Part shown: positions 61,919-64,000 of the stretch, one piece after another
Layout of the letters: each line of letters begins with the position of its first letter
How positions within the stretch are numbered: position 1 is the stretch's first letter
NCBI GenBank assembly: GCA_963707215.1
Contig: CAVPPB010000003.1
Coordinates: 192,001-256,000, forward strand
Source of the DNA: an uncultured Chloroflexia bacterium
GTDB lineage: Bacteria; Chloroflexota; Limnocylindria; Limnocylindrales; CSP1-4
Reading direction: 5' to 3'
Length of the DNA: 64,000 nucleotides
Translations under genes and position numbers: made by a program
The notes under the pieces: generated by a model
Seen by the model: the letters and a program-made list of their open reading frames with translations, nothing else
Database searches by the model: none
Told to the model about the DNA's origin: nothing

Positions 61919-63412
61919 TCAGGTTCCCACGCCCAGGCGGTGCAGGGTCGGGGCGAGCGCCGGGTAGAGCGATCGGTACAGGGCATGCGCCTCTGCGTAT
62001 GCCGGGGCATCGGGACCCGGCGACGCCGCCACGGAGACGTCGACCCCGGCGGTCGCCTGCCGCGCATCCGGATGCCACCCTGCGCCGACGCTGGCGAGCG
62101 CTGCAGCCCCGTACGCGGCTCCCTCCGGGGTGCCGACGAGGGCGATCTCGGCGCCCAGCACGTCCGCCAGGATCTGGCGCCATAGGGGGCTTGCCGTCCC
62201 TCCGCCCGACGCCCGGATCTGGGTCGGCAGCGGCATGCCGGCATCGACCATCAGGTCGAGCCCGTCGCGGAGCCCGAAGGCGACACCTTCGAGGACGGCA
62301 CGGGTCAGGTGGCGCCGGTCATGGGCAACGGTCAGGCCGACGAAGGCGCCCCGGGCCATCGGATCCGGGTGGGGGCTCCGCTCGCCGGTCAGGTACGGCA
62401 GGAACAGCAGCCCGTCGCTCCCCGGTGGGACATCAGCCGCCTGCGCGACGAGGTCTCCGAACTCCGCGCCGGGAGCCAGGGCATCACGGAACCAGCGCAG
62501 GCTGCCCGCCGCCGAGAGCATGACGGACATCAGGTGCCACCGCGCCGGCACAGCGTGGCAAAAGGCGTGCACCCGACCCTGATCCTCGCGCAGCGGGCCG
62601 TCGGTCGCCGCGAACACGACGCCGGAGGTCCCCAGCGAGAGGGCGACCGTGCCCTCGTCGATGACGCCGACCCCGACGGCGTTGGCGCTCTGGTCGCCGC
62701 CGCCGGCGACGACCGGCGTCCCGGCTCGGAGGCCGGTCGCCGCCGCGGCCGCCGCGGTGAGCAGGCCGGTGACCTCGGGCCCTTCGAAGGTCGGCGGCAA
62801 CCACGATGGGTCGATCTGCAGAGCGCCGACGAGCTCCTCCGACCAGTCCCGGGCCGCGAGGTCGAAGAGGATCGTCCCCGATCCGTCGGCCTTGTCCATG
62901 GCGTGCTCGCCCGTGAGACGCAGCCGGACGTGGTCCTTGGGCAGCAGGATGTGGGCCGTCCGTCGCCACACGTCCGGCTCTCGATCGCGCACCCAGACGA
63001 GCTTCGGTGCGGTGAAGCCGGTCAGCGCGTCGTTCCCCGTGATCTCCACCAGCCGTCGTGGCCCCACGGTCTCCCGGATCGCGTCGCACTCCTCCGCGGT
63101 CCGCTGGTCGTTCCACAGGATCGCCGGCCGCAGCACGGTGTCCCGGTCGTCGAGCAGCACCAGGCCGTGCATCTGGCCGGTCAGCCCGATCGCGGCGACA
63201 TCGGACCCGGCGACACCGGTCGAGGTGAGCGCGGCCCGGATCGCGTCACGTGTGCCGGTCCACCACAGCTCGGGATCCTGCTCGCTCCAGAGCGGCCGGG
63301 GGACGCTGTACCCGTACTCCGACACACCGATGCCGGTGACGGCGCCGCCCTCGTCGACGAGGACCGCCTTGGTCGCCGTCGTCGAGACATCGATCCCGAT
63401 GACGTGCGGCAT
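61919..63412 (-). CDS. xylB: Xylulokinase
   Basis: [59 protein letters not shown]; directly downstream of xylA. Confidence 0.93.
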   Translation of the reverse strand: MPHVIGIDVSTTATKAVLVDEGGAVTGIGVSEYGYSVPRPLWSEQDPELWWTGTRDAIRAALTSTGVAGSDVAAIGLTGQMHGLVLLDDRDTVLRPAILWNDQRTAEECDAIRETVGPRRLVEITGNDALTGFTAPKLVWVRDREPDVWRRTAHILLPKDHVRLRLTGEHAMDKADGSGTILFDLAARDWSEELVGALQIDPSWLPPTFEGPEVTGLLTAAAAAATGLRAGTPVVAGGGDQSANAVGVGVIDEGTVALSLGTSGVVFAATDGPLREDQGRVHAFCHAVPARWHLMSVMLSAAGSLRWFRDALAPGAEFGDLVAQAADVPPGSDGLLFLPYLTGERSPHPDPMARGAFVGLTVAHDRRHLTRAVLEGVAFGLRDGLDLMVDAGMPLPTQIRASGGGTASPLWRQILADVLGAEIALVGTPEGAAYGAAALASVGAGWHPDARQATAGVDVSVAASPGPDAPAYAEAHALYRSLYPALAPTLHRLGVGT

Positions 63413-63414
63413 CG

Positions 63415-64000
63415 TCAGCGCGGGGTGGGGTCGCCGCTGTCCGTGGCGCCGCCGCGGACCGCCCAGATCCGCTGGTTGACTGCGTTCTCCAGCAGCTCCT
63501 GGCGACCCGAGACCGGCCACGGGTCGATCTCGCCGCCGGTGACGCGGGCCTCGAGGTCCTCCAGGGACGCTCCGCCCGCGACGATCGCCGCCCCTAGCTC
63601 GCCTGACCAGCCGGCGTAGCGGGCGTCGCGCGGAGCCTCCAGGGTGCCCCGCTCGAGCATGTCGGCCGCCACCAGCAGCGACAGCGCGACGGTGTCGATG
63701 CCGCCGACGTGGCCGTGGAACAGGTCGGTCCGGTCGAGGCTCTGGCGGCGCAGCTTGGCGTCGAAGTTGAAGCCGCCGGTGGTGAAGCCGCCGCCACGCA
63801 GGATCTCGTAGAGGGCCAGCGACACTTCCTCGACCGAATTCGGGAACTGGTCCGTGTCCCAGCCGTTCTGGTAGTCGCCCCGGTTGGCGTCGATGCTGCC
63901 GAAGTAGCCGCCGGCGACCGCCGTCGCGACCTCGTGGTGGAAGCTGTGGCCGGCAAGAGTGGCGTGGTTCGCCTCGATGTTGACCCGGTACTCGCCGTCG
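63415..64000 (-). CDS. xylA: Xylose isomerase, class II (5' end outside the window)
   Basis: Manual translation: [64 protein letters not shown]. Confidence 0.95.
   Translation of the reverse strand, partial: DGEYRVNIEANHATLAGHSFHHEVATAVAGGYFGSIDANRGDYQNGWDTDQFPNSVEEVSLALYEILRGGGFTTGGFNFDAKLRRQSLDRTDLFHGHVGGIDTVALSLLVAADMLERGTLEAPRDARYAGWSGELGAAIVAGGASLEDLEARVTGGEIDPWPVSGRQELLENAVNQRIWAVRGGATDSGDPTPR

Noticed and set aside
48901-64000. Genomic island integrated at tRNA-Met
   Set aside because: The accessory genes lie on the 5' side of the tRNA, there is no integrase, and the only tRNA 3'-end match seen (GCGGAGGGCG, about 50632) is too short to be an att site.

Overview
This is a very GC-rich bacterial chromosome segment. 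Gene content and protein style suggest a Chloroflexota (possibly Limnocylindria-like) genome; that taxonomy is inference. Most real genes lie on the minus strand, and most long ORFs in the supplied track are antisense shadows. In order, the window holds: (1) a translation and tRNA-modification block (alaS, mnmA, iscS, typA, aspS, hisS, rel), interrupted by a corrinoid/folate methyl-transfer module (RACo/RamA-type activator, MetF-MetV fusion, pterin-binding methyltransferase, DUF1638); (2) a coupled run of topA-xerC-murJ-fem-fem-murE, preceded by a CpaE-like regulator, comM and dprA; (3) NfeD/SPFH, trpB2, a Zn-ribbon/Arg-repeat protein, tyrA, a NUDIX protein, thpR, ppa, a stand-alone DnaB-like ATPase, an M20 peptidase, ftsH and tRNA-Met(CAT); (4) an accessory region with an exported vanadium-haloperoxidase-like and FG-GAP/ASPIC pair next to a ROK-regulated xylose cluster (xylFHG, xylB, xylA). 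About nine genes, including housekeeping genes such as aspS, mnmA and ppa, carry single-base frameshifts that look like uncorrected assembly errors; two of these create false gene fusions. Many housekeeping genes appear leaderless, with a TANNNT-like hexamer 6-10 nt before the start codon. I found no CRISPR array, IS element, prophage or rRNA.
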